Made by a program: the position numbers and the translations under genes
The notes under the pieces: model-generated
What the model was told of the DNA's origin: nothing
The model's input: the letters and a program-made list of their open reading frames with translations, nothing else
The model's database searches: none
Assembly (NCBI GenBank): GCA_034780895.1
Contig: JAUZTB010000042.1
Location: 37,719,992-37,783,991 of the forward strand
Direction of reading: 5' to 3'
DNA: 64,000 bases
DNA from: Rhynchobatus australiae
Taxonomy: Eukaryota
Part shown: piece after piece, positions 39,201-48,340 of the stretch
Position numbering within the stretch: the stretch's first letter is position 1
How the letters are laid out: each line of letters opens with the position of its first letter

Positions 39201-42200
39201 TACCTTACAAGATAATGCATCTTTATTAGTCCATATACATCAAAACAGTGAAATGTATCTTTTGCGTAGAGTGTTCTGGGGCAGCCCGTTATCACTGATT
39301 CGAGGTAGAGGGAACAGAATTGGAACTGGAGGCAGGTCAGAATTCTTGCTTCATTATGCCCCAATGTTAAATGTGCATATGAACTTTGGATAAAGACAAA
39401 TTCCTTTGCAATGTCCCCATTTCCAAAACAAGAAGGTAACTTAGCTAATGACATGTTTACAGTTACTTGTGTTAAGGGAAAGACAGCAAGCATCATACAT
39501 TTCTGACTTACTACAGATTGAAACCATTTGTAGATACTAGTCACTCCCCTGCATATCAGATCAATAATTTATCTCAGTCTTTCCTGGTTTAGTTGTCAGG
39601 CAAGGTGCCACATTTGATTGTTGCAATCCTAAGACAAAATAAAATATTTCGTTTTTTTAAAAAAAAGCTGCAAATCCCACCCCTAGTTGGCAATCTTCAT
39701 GCACGAAAGAACTCAGTTGAAGCATTCCAAAACTAAACCTACTACCCTGTTTAGTAGCTTACCTCTTTTCCCTTAATTTTCAAGTGTTTACTGATTATTG
39801 TAAAACTAATCCTTGCAATACAATTTTCTATGTTCTGTGTACTCAGGCTTCAATCTTATTCACTGTATAATAATTTTAGAAAAAATTGCAACTTCTTTCA
39901 GTGTCCAATCATAGAAAATAGACCAGCTATTATCAAAACAGCATTTACAACCTTGAAAATCTCAACTGATTTTCCTCAACTAACATTTTCTGCTTCAGTT
40001 AAATTCAGTCCAGTATCCTACCTCTTCATGCTTTCACATTCCTGATATTTTGATAAAGCTATCATGCTCATTCTCTAAAGGTTTTAATGTTCCTTTCTCA
40101 ATTATAACATTCCATAATAGAACAAGTACTCAAACCTAATAATCCAACACAAATTTATCATAATGTCTGTTCCATTCTTTCTTACAGACTGCAAATTATT
40201 ACCAGATACAAGTTACAATATTATGCAGTGTGCAACTAGATTGGCTATGAAGCTCAGTGCTGGAATAATCAAGGCACTCAAATATACATTTAGGTCAAGT
40301 ACATAAGGACTTAAAAGTGGCTTTGCCCAAGTCTTTTACAAACTTAAGAACCATTCAGGATTTAAAAAAGTCAAATTTATGCAGCACCCAATCATACATG
40401 TAAACTTCAGAATGATGCAATTCCACATCATTCTATGAAAGTTTGTTAGCATGTGCTTTTCATTCACCTTGCAACCAGATTTCTAATTAATTCATCCAAT
40501 AAAGCTTCTAGATTAATCATCTTCAAAAATAAAATTTTTGCTTCAAAAACAAAGACACTGACATGGCAGGATTATAAAACTGATGTGACTTGCACCTCTG
40601 CAATATTAATTTAACATATGGATAATTAACTTAACATATGGATAATGCTTGATTCCAGTTCAGCAAACTAACCGACCTCAACTGGATTTTGTAAGGGTTT
40701 CCATACTCTATGAATATCTAGCAACCTCTGCTATACAGATGTGAATAGCAAACAAGGTCAGGATCATGCTTAACCAAGTTTTCTTTGTGGGCTACCTGAA
40801 TGCCAATAGTCATAAGCATTTATGAACATGATCAGTTGAGGTAATAGTGTTATCCTAACCATGAAACTGAACGAGAGAAAAGAAAGTTAATTACTGAGAA
40901 AATAGAAATCACTCGGCAGTCTGTCAATCTGAAACAATTATAAACTAAAGAGGTAGAATTACACAAATCACAGGATGCAAGGATGGATAAGTGATTTTAT
41001 CATAACATGCATTTAACCCAAACAGTGCACATGGGAAACAACTGCCTATTAATGACCTCAGTAACATTTTAGAATACCAGGTTGAATTTATAACAAAAGT
41101 ACATTCAATACCCATCTTGTAGGCAAGATTCAGATGTTTGTGCAAAATACAAATGCAGCTGGATGCTGACGAGGAGGTGTTCCTTTTTCAAAATTTCACA
41201 ATATACATAACTCAGAGCTATAGCTTATGAAACAATACTACAGTTCTAACACTATTCTGTGTAATAAAAAAAAGAACTAAATGTGTGCATGCACTCTGCA
41301 CCTCCATTTTAACAGCTAATCAAGCTTGGCATATGCACATTTTCTATCAAAATTAAATATAAAAATGAGAACTACAGGAAATTATCTCCATGGAATCCAT
41401 AAACCTAGTGCTCAAGTTGAAAATTTTCACAAAAAGACATACTTTAGGAGCCTGGTGCATCTAAAAATAAATGTATAAACCAATAGCTAGCCAGCTTGAG
41501 ATTCCCACCTCAAGGTCTATTCCTGCGCACTCGCTGTTCAAAAACCCTATTCTTCTTTCATTTTTGAAAGGTGTTAACAAAGAAAGTGAGGAAATAGCCC
41601 CAAACCACCAAGGATAAAACAGATGTCGCTTATAAGAAATTAATAGCGCCATGCTTACTAAGACATTATTTCCCCCATAAGGAACAAAGGCTATGTAATG
41701 GTATGGCAATCTGTTGCACCTGGATTAAGTACTGGGGAGCAAAAGAGGTAAAGAGCCAATTTCATAAATTTAAGAAAATAGAAACTTGAGGTCAGATTGC
41801 TATTTGATTGCTGTTATCAAGAACAGTTTCTGAATTGCAAAAAGTTTCATCTCACAGCAGACATCTATTTAAAGCTAAAGAGATTTTAAATCAATACCAT
41901 AACATGGGGTAGATCAGCTAATTCAGCAGAAAAATAAGTATGCTGGGAAGGGAAATCACAAAGCTTTAACTACTTTAAGACACCAATATTGAGTGACTCA
42001 TAAATCAGTGCAGTACGTGAAAAATTCTCAGTCTGGATTGTATAGAAAAGCAGCTGCTGAGAACAGCTCATTGCCATGTGTTTTTCTGACTTCCAGAATA
42101 ATAAAGTGAAGTTTTCCCCCCTTTGGATCTTAATCATTATCGCATTTTTATTTAAACATCTCTACTTATATCAAGCTTCTTTCCCACTTCATGTTGATAG

Positions 42201-45200
42201 ACACTTACTATTGTACCCAGGAAAGAATGGCATTTGCAAAAGGGTTTAGTATGAAGCCATGGAATTATTTGCTTATCAGTGAAGAACTGGAGATTCTATA
42301 TAGCAAATTAATATACTGCAAATATGTTAAAGATTATTAACTAAACAAAGACTCCACCAGCCCAAGAATGCCCCACCATCCTCAACTTCTAAGTAGTACA
42401 CAGATTATTACTTGCTGACAATAGGTTATTTTCAAGGCCTCAATCTAATCTTGGAAAGTTAGTGAAGGCTCAAGCAGCTCTCACATTTACAACCTATACC
42501 CTTGATTAGATTGTTTCAATCAGTCCCAGATAACCAGAGATTCACTTGTAAGCATCTGAGAAGCAATACTTCCGGCATCTGTCAACAGTAGTGCAACTGT
42601 AAAAGTGATGAAAATTAACTTCTCCTTGGAAATATACTTCACAATGAAATTACAAATTCTTTTGCCTTATTTTGGATACTTCTATCACATCAATTTTCCA
42701 CTAGATCCTTCAAGCAGGCTCTAGGAAAGCTTTCTTAAAATCAAAGGAAAAAAGCCTAATATGGCAGACTGTTGCACGGTCACTTCATATGTTACGTCTC
42801 ATGTTTCTTTACATCCATTCACACCTCCACCCAACAGCAGCTTTTAAATACATTCACTGGAATGTGGATTTAAGAATAAATAAACCACTAGAAACAAAAG
42901 GAATGGGACATTGCTGCTTTATGTTGTCTCATTTCATTATTTACACAGCCACTGAATTTTTAGCAAACTTGCATAGTAGTTTCATACTTTCCAATATATG
43001 CCAAAACCAAGTTTGTAACAGGCAACAGTCCAAAGAACCACTTTGCACCCATAACCACCCTACATAGATGGTAAACCTTCCCAAAAGATCAGCTAATCAC
43101 ACATTTTTGCTAATTTACCAGTTAAGCCACCAATAATATAAAATAACTCTTTATTTGATCTTTTAAAATCATAATTATGCTTTCCATTGTAAAGTACTGC
43201 TCCAATTTGAAATTTTCTTCAATTTTGTATTTACATTGCTTTAAATACTTCAGTGCTTGTCAACTGCAATGATTGACCACAGCTTCAAAGAACAAATAAA
43301 CAAGTTGGATAGTAATCCACTGACAGAGTGAATTCAATTCACAAATAATTACTCAAATGCCAAACAAGTTTCAGTCCCAAAATAACTAAGGCAGACTGCA
43401 TATTTTGGCTCAAAGGAGTTAATTTTTCTCTACTTCAGTTAATTTTTTGTTCTATTATTCCACCACTAGCTCTTCATTTATGCTGAAGGTTCTACCACTG
43501 ACACCAACTATCTGATATCAATAAAAAGACCAAATAATGGGTTTCTGCAAGTTATTTAACAAGGAACCCATTCCCAAAGAGATCCTGCCCTCATTGCATC
43601 ATGAATTTACATTTAAAAGAGAAAGGACTTGATGAATTCCAATGAGGAAGTAGAATACCTGTGCCTCTTCCTTAGAGCAAGTACACTGAGGCAATTGCAG
43701 ACCAACAATTCAGATTAAGTTACCACCTGACTGGACCTTCTCGGTTTGTGCAACTATTCAAGCAAAACCATCACCAGCATGCACCACACCCTTCTTCTGC
43801 AGCCCCCCCCCCACCCAAAAAAGAGACCAGACTAAATCCATTTAACAGTCTGGTGTCACCTGACAGGAAATTAAACTACAGTTACTACTTTATTGATTGT
43901 AGTGGAGTACAGGCTTAAATTGAACCAGAATGACAAATGTGCAGCAAAAGTAGGTAACACCCAGGAAATTTAACACTCTCCCCCATACAAAAATCTCTAT
44001 TTTTAATCTTTGTTTTTGTATTTTTCCTCACTCGACAACAATTTCACTGAAAATGGCCTTGAATTACTCAGCCACTTCATTCCCCTCACACTGTGGAGAA
44101 GCACATTGTTCAGCACAAGTTGCTGAACATTGGAAAAGACTGAACCTCTACATAACTACTACCTGCTGGGAGAAAAAAAACATTACTGCACTGCCACTAA
44201 GGTGCACACATTTCAAGCACGAAAACAACCCAAGGTTATTTAGTTTGTAAATATGAATATTTAATCTTTCCCACTCATAATTAGAGTTCCCATTCACAAT
44301 AAGTCTCCTGCTTATTGGTCATGGAAAAATGCTGATAGTCAAAAATTTTACAGATTACATTAATCATGAAATAAAAAAGGATGAACTGTAACAACAGAAT
44401 TTCAAACATTCTGCTTAAAGCTTTTTTCACCCATCCTGACATGCAACCTTAAAACCCTTTGCTTTTTGACCACGCATTTGTCATCTGCTGACTCAACTTT
44501 ATGCAGATTGTGTCACCTCTGAACCACCTTTGGAAGCAACTTGTTTATGGAAATGCAATTTGGTATGGAAAAACAATGTCCTATCCATAGATGAGAATGA
44601 CATCAAACCTGGAGCAAATTGTGAGCTAAATAGTATTCAAATTTAAAAGCATTTTCCAATATAAAGTTATATTTATTTTAGCCAATTGTGTTAGCAATCA
44701 AATGTTCACTTGTTGAACTATATCTACTTTTATAAACATACTCATTGCCTTGCAGTGAGTACCTTAAATTCCAATGCCATGAGATTTTCCACAATGAATG
44801 AAGAATCTTGTAAGTCAGAAGCTAAAATAATAGTACTACAATCTTAAAACATCTAGAAAATATTGTGTTGGCTGAAAATAGACCGTTAATTAAAAGTAGT
44901 ACAGGGGGAGGTGTTAGAGTGGAATTGGCTCCCAATGTTCTTACAGACAAATAAAAACAGATGCAATTAAAATCCTTCATGGAGGATATCAAACAAGCTG
45001 CACTGATCAATGATGCTAACCCATGAATAGCAATTCTAAGCAATGTGGGCAGGCTAATTAAAGAAAGAAAAATTCAACAAGAGTAAAATCACGACATTAA
45101 GTGAAACAAGAATGCAAATTGCTAGAACCAAAAACAACAGGAAAGACATGCAAGGCTTCAGTGAAAAGCTTAAAACCTGGTACACAGATATAACATTGAG

Positions 45201-47835
45201 ATGCATTATGAATGTGATGGCTGATAAATGCATAAAAGATTATAATAAAGTTATGTATGACTGGCAAGGGAGCATCTTTAGTTCTAAGGTCTAATTTCAG
45301 ACCATCCATAACTGGAAAGAAAGAGTCTAAGGTAGTTGAAAAACAGACTGAAATTTACAGGATAATCCACATCAAAATGTCACTCTTTGGGAATAATAGT
45401 GGATGCAAGGGATATGATACGTCTAAATCTGAGCATAAGATTTGGGACCAGCAGAAATTGAAGTCAGTGACAAAATATGGTTAACATTTTTTTGTATAGG
45501 AGTTATTAAAAGAACGATTTTCAAAAAAGTATTTCATTTGACTTTGTAGGATCTTGCCAAGTGCAAATTGGCTGCTGTGCTTCTCTATAAAAATGCAATG
45601 ACCATACTTCAAATTTAATTGGCTGTGAGGTGCTTTGGAATGTCCTGAAGCACTAAATGCAAAATTTTTAGTTGTTAATACAAAAGGGATTAAAACTTCC
45701 ACCTTCAATTCCAGAATCACACCAAATAATGGATAATTTGCAACTGCTGACTGCATTGCCCAAAAGTTGGCTGAATTAAATCACTACACCTGGACAATGT
45801 GAGGTTTATATGAAACTGTTCCCCAACCCTAAAGCAACACACTGTTTTCCTGAGGAAGTTTTTGATTAACAGTGAAGCATTTATAAATGCTACAAGAACA
45901 CAAGGTTTGATGTAAACAGAAGAGATACTGAATGTTTTCTTTTGAGTAACTGGCAAATTCTCCAAAGGGTGATCACAGTTATGTGCCCCAACTGGGCTAC
46001 TAGTGCTTGTTTACACAACTGGAAACTATCCACAGCTGCTCCTCTCAGATGCTTCTCTACTAATAAGAACATATGGGTGCAAATCAACATCTTTGAAGTG
46101 ATTGAAATATAGAGAACAAAAAAAAAATCAAATACTGAAAGTCATTCCAGCTGTTGCATGGACTTTGCATACAAAAATATATATTTTGCAAAAAATATTT
46201 TAAAAGCAACTTCAAACTCAGTGATTTTATTGACATTCATATGAAAATGGAATCTCAACCACAAACTTCCATTTTACTATGTCTAATAATGAAAAAAAAA
46301 ATCAAGTTCATATTTAGAACAAGCTGGTATTTTAAAGTTAATAGAAAAGGGGACACAAAGTTTTGTTCATTTAAAAGGGAAAATGCCTAGCACCACTAAA
46401 ATATCTCAATTTTGTACTTTTGCTGTCATTTTATGGAAGATACAGAACACGATGAAATTATCACTTGCCAGATTTAATATATTAAAACCAAAACAAAATA
46501 AATAACAAAATTAACTTTAAGGTTTGGGAAAGGAAGAATTTTCTACAAATCACTTTTTATAATCCTCAGAATTTACTTATCTCATACTTGGAAGGCATGA
46601 AGTTTGTTTGTAGTGAAAAGTTTCAGGGTCCATTAAAGAAAGAGCTATTCATGTTTTGTGAGCAAGGCAGCATTACTGCCAGATGAGCTAATTTGAAGGG
46701 AATTAGCCACAACTAATTGCAAGTCTTCCTGCTTTGTTCAACATTTGGACCTTTCGCTGCACATGGTCAAATGATGAACAGCAGCAAAAAAGAGTACCAA
46801 GTCCTAGATTTACTTTACAGTTGATGGCAATATTAATTATTTCGACTAATTCCATCAATTAATTTCTTCTCTTTGAACGTCTCCCTTCTACACTTTCGTT
46901 TAAGGGCCTTTGGCCTTTAGGACACAGTTCCAGATGTACAAACCACTCTTCTACTTCAGCCAAGTGGCCACAAAACTACATAGTAAATTGTTCCACAGCA
47001 GGAAGCATCACATTTACATTTCTTTCTTTGCCTTAAAGTGTACAATTTAATAAACTACCAATAATTAAATGCAGTGAAAAAATTAAATTACCACAAATTA
47101 AAATCAAACCTAAGGTATTTAATAGAGGGCATCCCGAATACAAAATGTAAACCAACACGGATAAAATCCAAAAGCTGTTACAGCTGCAATTAATGTAACT
47201 TCTTTTCATTATATATACCCTGAGCAACTATCTTAACTTGATGGCCATCAGAAAATGCACTTGGAGATCCAAAGGCAACATGATCGCTCACCCAGACTTA
47301 ATTTGCCCAGAGCAGTCAAAACCTAACCACACATCAACTGCATCCCAAGTTCTTTCGCCGATTTGACCAGGGATTTGAAGCAACAGTTGTGCGCGGTGCA
47401 AACGCGCACCTCTGAGGGGAGCATTGGGAAAGGTCCACCTTTCGTGGTTAAGTTTCCGCGCAAATCAGCAGCAAGCTATTAGAACTTTGCAAATGCAACA
47501 AGTTTCGTTCGCTGAAACGCAGATGAACACATTTTCCCTCCAATGCAAAAGACGTTCCGGAAAAGTTCGGGGGGGGGGGGCGGTGGTGATGGTGAAAGAA
47601 AAGTTGCAAGGTATACTCACAGGCGGACGATCCAGGCGGGCAGCGGGTGCGGCACCCGGCTGAGCTTGCGGCGGCTGCAGTCCAGCAGCTCACCTAGGCA
47701 CGAGCAGCGGGGCGGGCAGGCGCGAGGCGGCTCCAGGGCAACCACCGCCGGGATCCGGGCTCCAAGCAGCGCGAGCGCTCCGCCGAGCAGCAGCGGCAGC
47801 ATCGCGCTCAACGGCCGCCTCCGGATCCAAGACAT
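39..47835 (-). CDS. LRIG3: LRIG3 (leucine-rich repeats and immunoglobulin-like domains protein 3), full gene span, 19 coding exons, about 1,100 aa
   Basis: Exons join in frame with GT-AG sites. Sizes 215/72/75/129/144x4/81/72/72/164/321/282/450/(partial)/147/255/242 match the LRIG family architecture as I recall it. Tail motifs [17 protein letters not shown] and RTPTFQPY match LRIG3 rather than LRIG1/2 (from memory of the human proteins). Confidence 0.93.
1703..1957 (-). CDS. LRIG3: LRIG3 exon 18 (255 bp, cytoplasmic)
   Basis: Open frame DESSDQV...YSKKGYSQF...[15 protein letters not shown]; acceptor AAGCAG, donor G|GTAGGT; phase 1-1 fits both neighbours. Each boundary is ambiguous by 3 nt. 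Confidence 0.8.
2360..2600 (-). mobile_element. CR1 LINE 3' fragment
   Basis: Similar to the minus-strand CR1 3' ends at 28070-28440 and 34125-34400. Confidence 0.55.
2605..2915 (+). mobile_element. Rex1/Babar-like LINE 3' end
   Basis: AAGAACAGCTTCTTCCCTTCTGCCATCAGATTTCTGAAC ([13 protein letters not shown]), then the tail CACAAAACAAATTTAACG...TCAGTGATCATAAACCTGATTCT. Confidence 0.7.
3927..4073 (-). CDS. LRIG3: LRIG3 exon 17 (147 bp, cytoplasmic)
   Basis: [49 protein letters not shown]; acceptor TTTTCCCTAAG, donor AAG|GTAAGC; phase 1-1. Confidence 0.88.
4210..5190 (-). mobile_element. Old, internally deleted CR1-superfamily LINE (endonuclease N-terminus + 3' end)
   Basis: Minus strand at about 5000-5127 reads [39 protein letters not shown], resembling an APE N-terminus. 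4210-4530 is the reverse complement of the family seen at 56260-56500. Confidence 0.6.
5404..5520 (-). CDS. LRIG3: LRIG3 exon 16, visible 3' part (5' part lost in N gap 5521-5650)
   Basis: [38 protein letters not shown], then G|GTGAGC donor. The family segment DETNLPADIPSYLSS is expected inside the gap. Confidence 0.88.
6360..6452. mobile_element. Penelope-associated terminal fragment
   Basis: GACTGCAGATGCTG...GTTGACATTTTAGGTTGTGACCCCTTCA resembles the ends of the element at 55875-56192. Confidence 0.5.
6685..6880 (+). mobile_element. Old tRNA-derived SINE (family not named)
   Basis: A-box-like TAGCTCAG head and shared core CCCTGG...GAGGGAAAAAA..ATCAGCCAGG. Related copies at 37105-37330 and 57605-57910. 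Confidence 0.45.
7174..7623 (-). CDS. LRIG3: LRIG3 exon 15 (450 bp, Ig domain 3 + transmembrane helix)
   Basis: ETPSFVRPL...[16 protein letters not shown]...[10 protein letters not shown]...[38 protein letters not shown]; CAG acceptor, GTGTGA donor. Confidence 0.97.
7867..8148 (-). CDS. LRIG3: LRIG3 exon 14 (282 bp, Ig domain 2)
   Basis: [53 protein letters not shown]...[21 protein letters not shown]; CAG acceptor, GTGAGT donor. Confidence 0.97.
8591..8911 (-). CDS. LRIG3: LRIG3 exon 13 (321 bp, Ig domain 1)
   Basis: DFPKPEII...[20 protein letters not shown]...[25 protein letters not shown]; CAG acceptor, GTAAGT donor. Confidence 0.97.
9127..9290 (-). CDS. LRIG3: LRIG3 exon 12 (164 bp, LRRCT)
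   Basis: [19 protein letters not shown]...[22 protein letters not shown]; CAG acceptor, GTGAGT donor. Confidence 0.96.
9470..9541 (-). CDS. LRIG3: LRIG3 exon 11 (72 bp)
   Basis: [24 protein letters not shown]; CAG acceptor, GTGAGT donor. Confidence 0.96.
9850..10275 (-). mobile_element. CR1 LINE 3' fragment, degraded
   Basis: CTCATTCTTCTAAACT, CTATGCCCTCTAG and AAATATGGCCTCA align by eye to the CR1 at 60400-60850. Confidence 0.6.
10328..10399 (-). CDS. LRIG3: LRIG3 exon 10 (72 bp)
   Basis: [24 protein letters not shown]; CAG acceptor, GTAAGT donor. Confidence 0.96.
11051..11131 (-). CDS. LRIG3: LRIG3 exon 9 (81 bp)
   Basis: [27 protein letters not shown]; CAG acceptor, GTAAGT donor. Confidence 0.96.
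12757..12900 (-). CDS. LRIG3: LRIG3 exon 8 (144 bp)
   Basis: [48 protein letters not shown]; CAG acceptor, GTAAGT donor. Confidence 0.96.
14325..14550 (-). mobile_element. Deu-domain SINE fragment
   Basis: GTGCTTTGCAGCCAA...GCACAGTTCCATAAAAAGCAA is the reverse complement of the Deu-SINE 3' region seen at 55120-55240. Confidence 0.55.
14859..15002 (-). CDS. LRIG3: LRIG3 exon 7 (144 bp)
   Basis: [48 protein letters not shown]; CAG acceptor, GTGAGT donor. Confidence 0.96.
15394..15537 (-). CDS. LRIG3: LRIG3 exon 6 (144 bp)
   Basis: [48 protein letters not shown]; CAG acceptor, GTGAGA donor. Confidence 0.96.
15713..15856 (-). CDS. LRIG3: LRIG3 exon 5 (144 bp)
   Basis: [48 protein letters not shown]; TAG acceptor, GTAAGT donor. 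Confidence 0.96.
16628..16756 (-). CDS. LRIG3: LRIG3 exon 4 (129 bp)
   Basis: [43 protein letters not shown]; CAG acceptor, GTAAGT donor. Confidence 0.95.
17455..17965 (+). mobile_element. Deu-domain SINE with internal tandem expansion
   Basis: ACTGCAGTTATGAGAGTGTGC...GTCTTTTAGATGAG and TTGCTTTGTGGGATCTTGCTGTG...ATTGGC are Deu-domain hallmarks. Confidence 0.65.
18021..18218. repeat. Degenerate ~35-bp minisatellite, 5-6 units
   Basis: Units of type GCTCCCTTCCACTCA..GGGGTCCTGG.TTCCCGC start at 18021, 18055, 18090, 18125, 18161 and 18196. Confidence 0.75.
18852..19138 (+). mobile_element. V-SINE, full length
   Basis: tRNA head with B box GGTTCAATTCC; V-domain CCCCGTGTCTGCGTGGGTTTCCTCCAGGTGCTCCAGTTTCCTCCCACATTCC; tail GCATTTCACTGT...AATAAAGA. 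Confidence 0.9.
20183..20448 (-). mobile_element. V-SINE, full length
   Basis: Reverse complement of the 18852-19138 subfamily (GGGAGGAAACTGGAGCACCCAGAGGAAACCCACGCAGACA). Confidence 0.9.
21083..22445 (+). mobile_element. CR1 LINE ORF2 3' half, degraded
   Basis: [22 protein letters not shown] and [12 protein letters not shown] remnants, plus the CR1 3' terminus GGGCCAAAAGG...TATTCTAT. Confidence 0.85.
23629..24353 (+). mobile_element. CR1 LINE: ORF1 piece, ORF2 endonuclease start, 100-N gap, 3' end
   Basis: [24 protein letters not shown] (ORF1); [18 protein letters not shown]...AVTETWL (APE); 3' GGGCTGAAGGGCCTGT...TTCTATAGTTCTA. Confidence 0.9.
25022..25340 (+). mobile_element. Older V-SINE (HE1-like)
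   Basis: GTTTGCACATTCTCCCTG...GTGGGTTTCCTTCAGGT...TTCCCACATCTCAAAGA...GGTTAATT, with a CR1-like GGGCCTGTTTCC tail. Confidence 0.75.
25945..26400 (+). mobile_element. CR1 3' fragment, degraded
   Basis: [23 protein letters not shown] resembles the CR1 ORF2 C-terminus LERVQRRFTRMIPGM, followed by 3'UTR remnants. Confidence 0.7.
26400..26684 (+). mobile_element. L2-like 3' fragment
   Basis: Decayed HWLP...FKI..L.FKS-type region. Weak, by-eye recognition. Confidence 0.4.
27020..27505 (+). mobile_element. CR1 3' fragment
   Basis: TTGGAGTTTAGAAGAATGAGGGGTGATCTTATTGAAA...GATCAGCCATGA...GGCCTACTCC. Confidence 0.85.
28070..28700 (-). mobile_element. CR1 3' portion spanning a 100-N gap (28479-28578)
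   Basis: AGAGTCATAGAGCAATACAGCATGGATACAGGCCCTTTGGCC terminus; [14 protein letters not shown] in ORF 28445..28666. Confidence 0.85.
28830..29200 (-). mobile_element. Degraded CR1 5' region (ORF1 end / inter-ORF)
   Basis: CCCCACTGCCCTTTTAGTTTAAACCCTCCC...TGCCCATCC resembles the ORF1-end region at 63400-63500. Confidence 0.5.
29255..29520. repeat. Degenerate 32-bp minisatellite, about 8 units
   Basis: TTTAAA anchors at 29266, 29298, 29329, 29361, 29393, 29425, 29457 (TTGAAA) and 29489 (TTCAAA); consensus roughly TTTAAACTC.CTGGGCCTCTGTTCCTG.TCC. Confidence 0.85.
29521..29764 (-). mobile_element. Young V-SINE with CR1-type tail and A-rich end
   Basis: V-domain GTGGGAGGAAACCGGAGCACCCGGGGGAAACCCACGCAGACAC with CpGs retained; minus-strand tail GGGCCGAAGGGCCTGTTACCACGCTGTAAATAAA. 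Confidence 0.9.
33968..34090 (+). mobile_element. Deu-domain SINE 3' fragment (head probably in the gap)
   Basis: CTGTGCACAAATTTTCTGCCACATTT...GCAGCAGTGACT. Confidence 0.45.
34125..35108 (-). mobile_element. CR1 LINE 3' ~1 kb, degraded
   Basis: [14 protein letters not shown]...[14 protein letters not shown] in ORF 34787..34996; CR1 terminus at about 34125-34170. Confidence 0.85.
36145..36512 (-). mobile_element. Deu-domain SINE, degraded
   Basis: ACTTGTATTTATGTAGCAC tail, GACCAGAT and AACATCCCATCCAAAGAGTGGCATC (reverse Deu core). Confidence 0.6.
36691..36765 (-). CDS. LRIG3: LRIG3 exon 3 (75 bp, LRR)
   Basis: [25 protein letters not shown]; CAG acceptor, GTAAGT donor. The short intron 2 contains an N gap (36778-36837). 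Confidence 0.95.
36846..36917 (-). CDS. LRIG3: LRIG3 exon 2 (72 bp, LRR)
   Basis: [24 protein letters not shown]; CAG acceptor, GTAAGT donor. Absent from the ORF track. Confidence 0.95.
37105..37330 (+). mobile_element. Old tRNA-derived SINE (same family as 6685-6880)
   Basis: CAGGAAGGTCACAGATTCAATTCTTGG B-box-like segment; GCCCTTGG...TTCAGCCAG core. Confidence 0.45.
40607..40646. repeat. 20-bp tandem duplication
   Basis: TAATTTAACATATGGATAAT followed by TAACTTAACATATGGATAAT (19/20 identical). Confidence 0.9.
45530..45665 (+). mobile_element. Deu-domain SINE 3' fragment
   Basis: TTTGTAGGATCTTGCCAAGTGCAAATTGGCTGCTGTG...ATTGGCTGTGAGGTGCTTTGGAATGTCCTGA. Confidence 0.75.
47621..47835 (-). CDS. 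LRIG3: LRIG3 exon 1 (signal peptide + LRRNT)
   Basis: [25 protein letters not shown]...[34 protein letters not shown]. Donor CT|GTGAGT at 47620. ATG at 47835 (GGGATGT); an in-frame alternative ATG is at 47802. Confidence 0.9.
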
Positions 47836-48242
47836 CCCTCGCTCGTTGTTTTCCTTTCCTCCCCACCTCCTCTCGCTCCCGGTTTCTTCTTTCTCAGAGT
47901 TTATCACCGCTCTCCCCACCACGGAACCCCCCCCCCCCACCACACACAAGATTCCCTGCTTAAAACTCCGTGCTCTCTCTCTGTCGTCAACGCAGCAAAA
48001 ATATTTCGTTTGTTTTCGGAAAAGACGATCGGCAAGCCCGCGGAAAAGTTGGTAGGTGCTGAACTCTTGATAAATCCCAGTCCTCTATCGATTTGCCGCA
48101 GGTACAAACACAACCATGTACTCCCGCAGTGAGAGCAAACCCTCCCCTCAACTCCAGCCTCCTCCCACTCCACAGCGTTCGCAACTCTGCTCCCCCATTG
48201 GTCCGTACTCGTCCCCACGTGATCATGACGCCTTGTCCCGCC

Positions 48243-48340
48243 CAGTGGATTCTGGTATTTGTAGTTTAACCTCCCAGAAGGGCTTTCCCACATTGTCATA
48301 GCTTAAATTGGTGGGACTACAGTTCCCAGCCTGCCGCACG
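48243..48340. promoter_or_regulatory. Two divergently oriented ZNF143/THAP11-type (ACTACAnnTCCCA) motifs
   Basis: Plus strand GACTACAGTTCCCAGCCTGCC starting at 48315. Minus strand AACTACAAATACCAGAATCCACTG read from 48266 down to 48243. Confidence 0.7.

Noticed and set aside
47389-47409. GTGCGCG-N7-CGCGCAC hairpin at the edge of the CpG island
   Set aside because: A 7-bp stem in GC-rich sequence is too short to support a claim without conservation data.
47836-47949. N-terminal extension of LRIG3 suggested by ORF 47617..47949
   Set aside because: It starts at a non-ATG codon. The first in-frame ATG (47835) has G at -3 and directly precedes the signal peptide.
47543-48055. 170-aa plus-strand ORF, and other ORFs overlapping exon 1
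   Set aside because: Antisense shadows of a GC-rich exon and CpG island. They are low complexity (Ser/Gly/Pro/Arg) with no recognisable domain.
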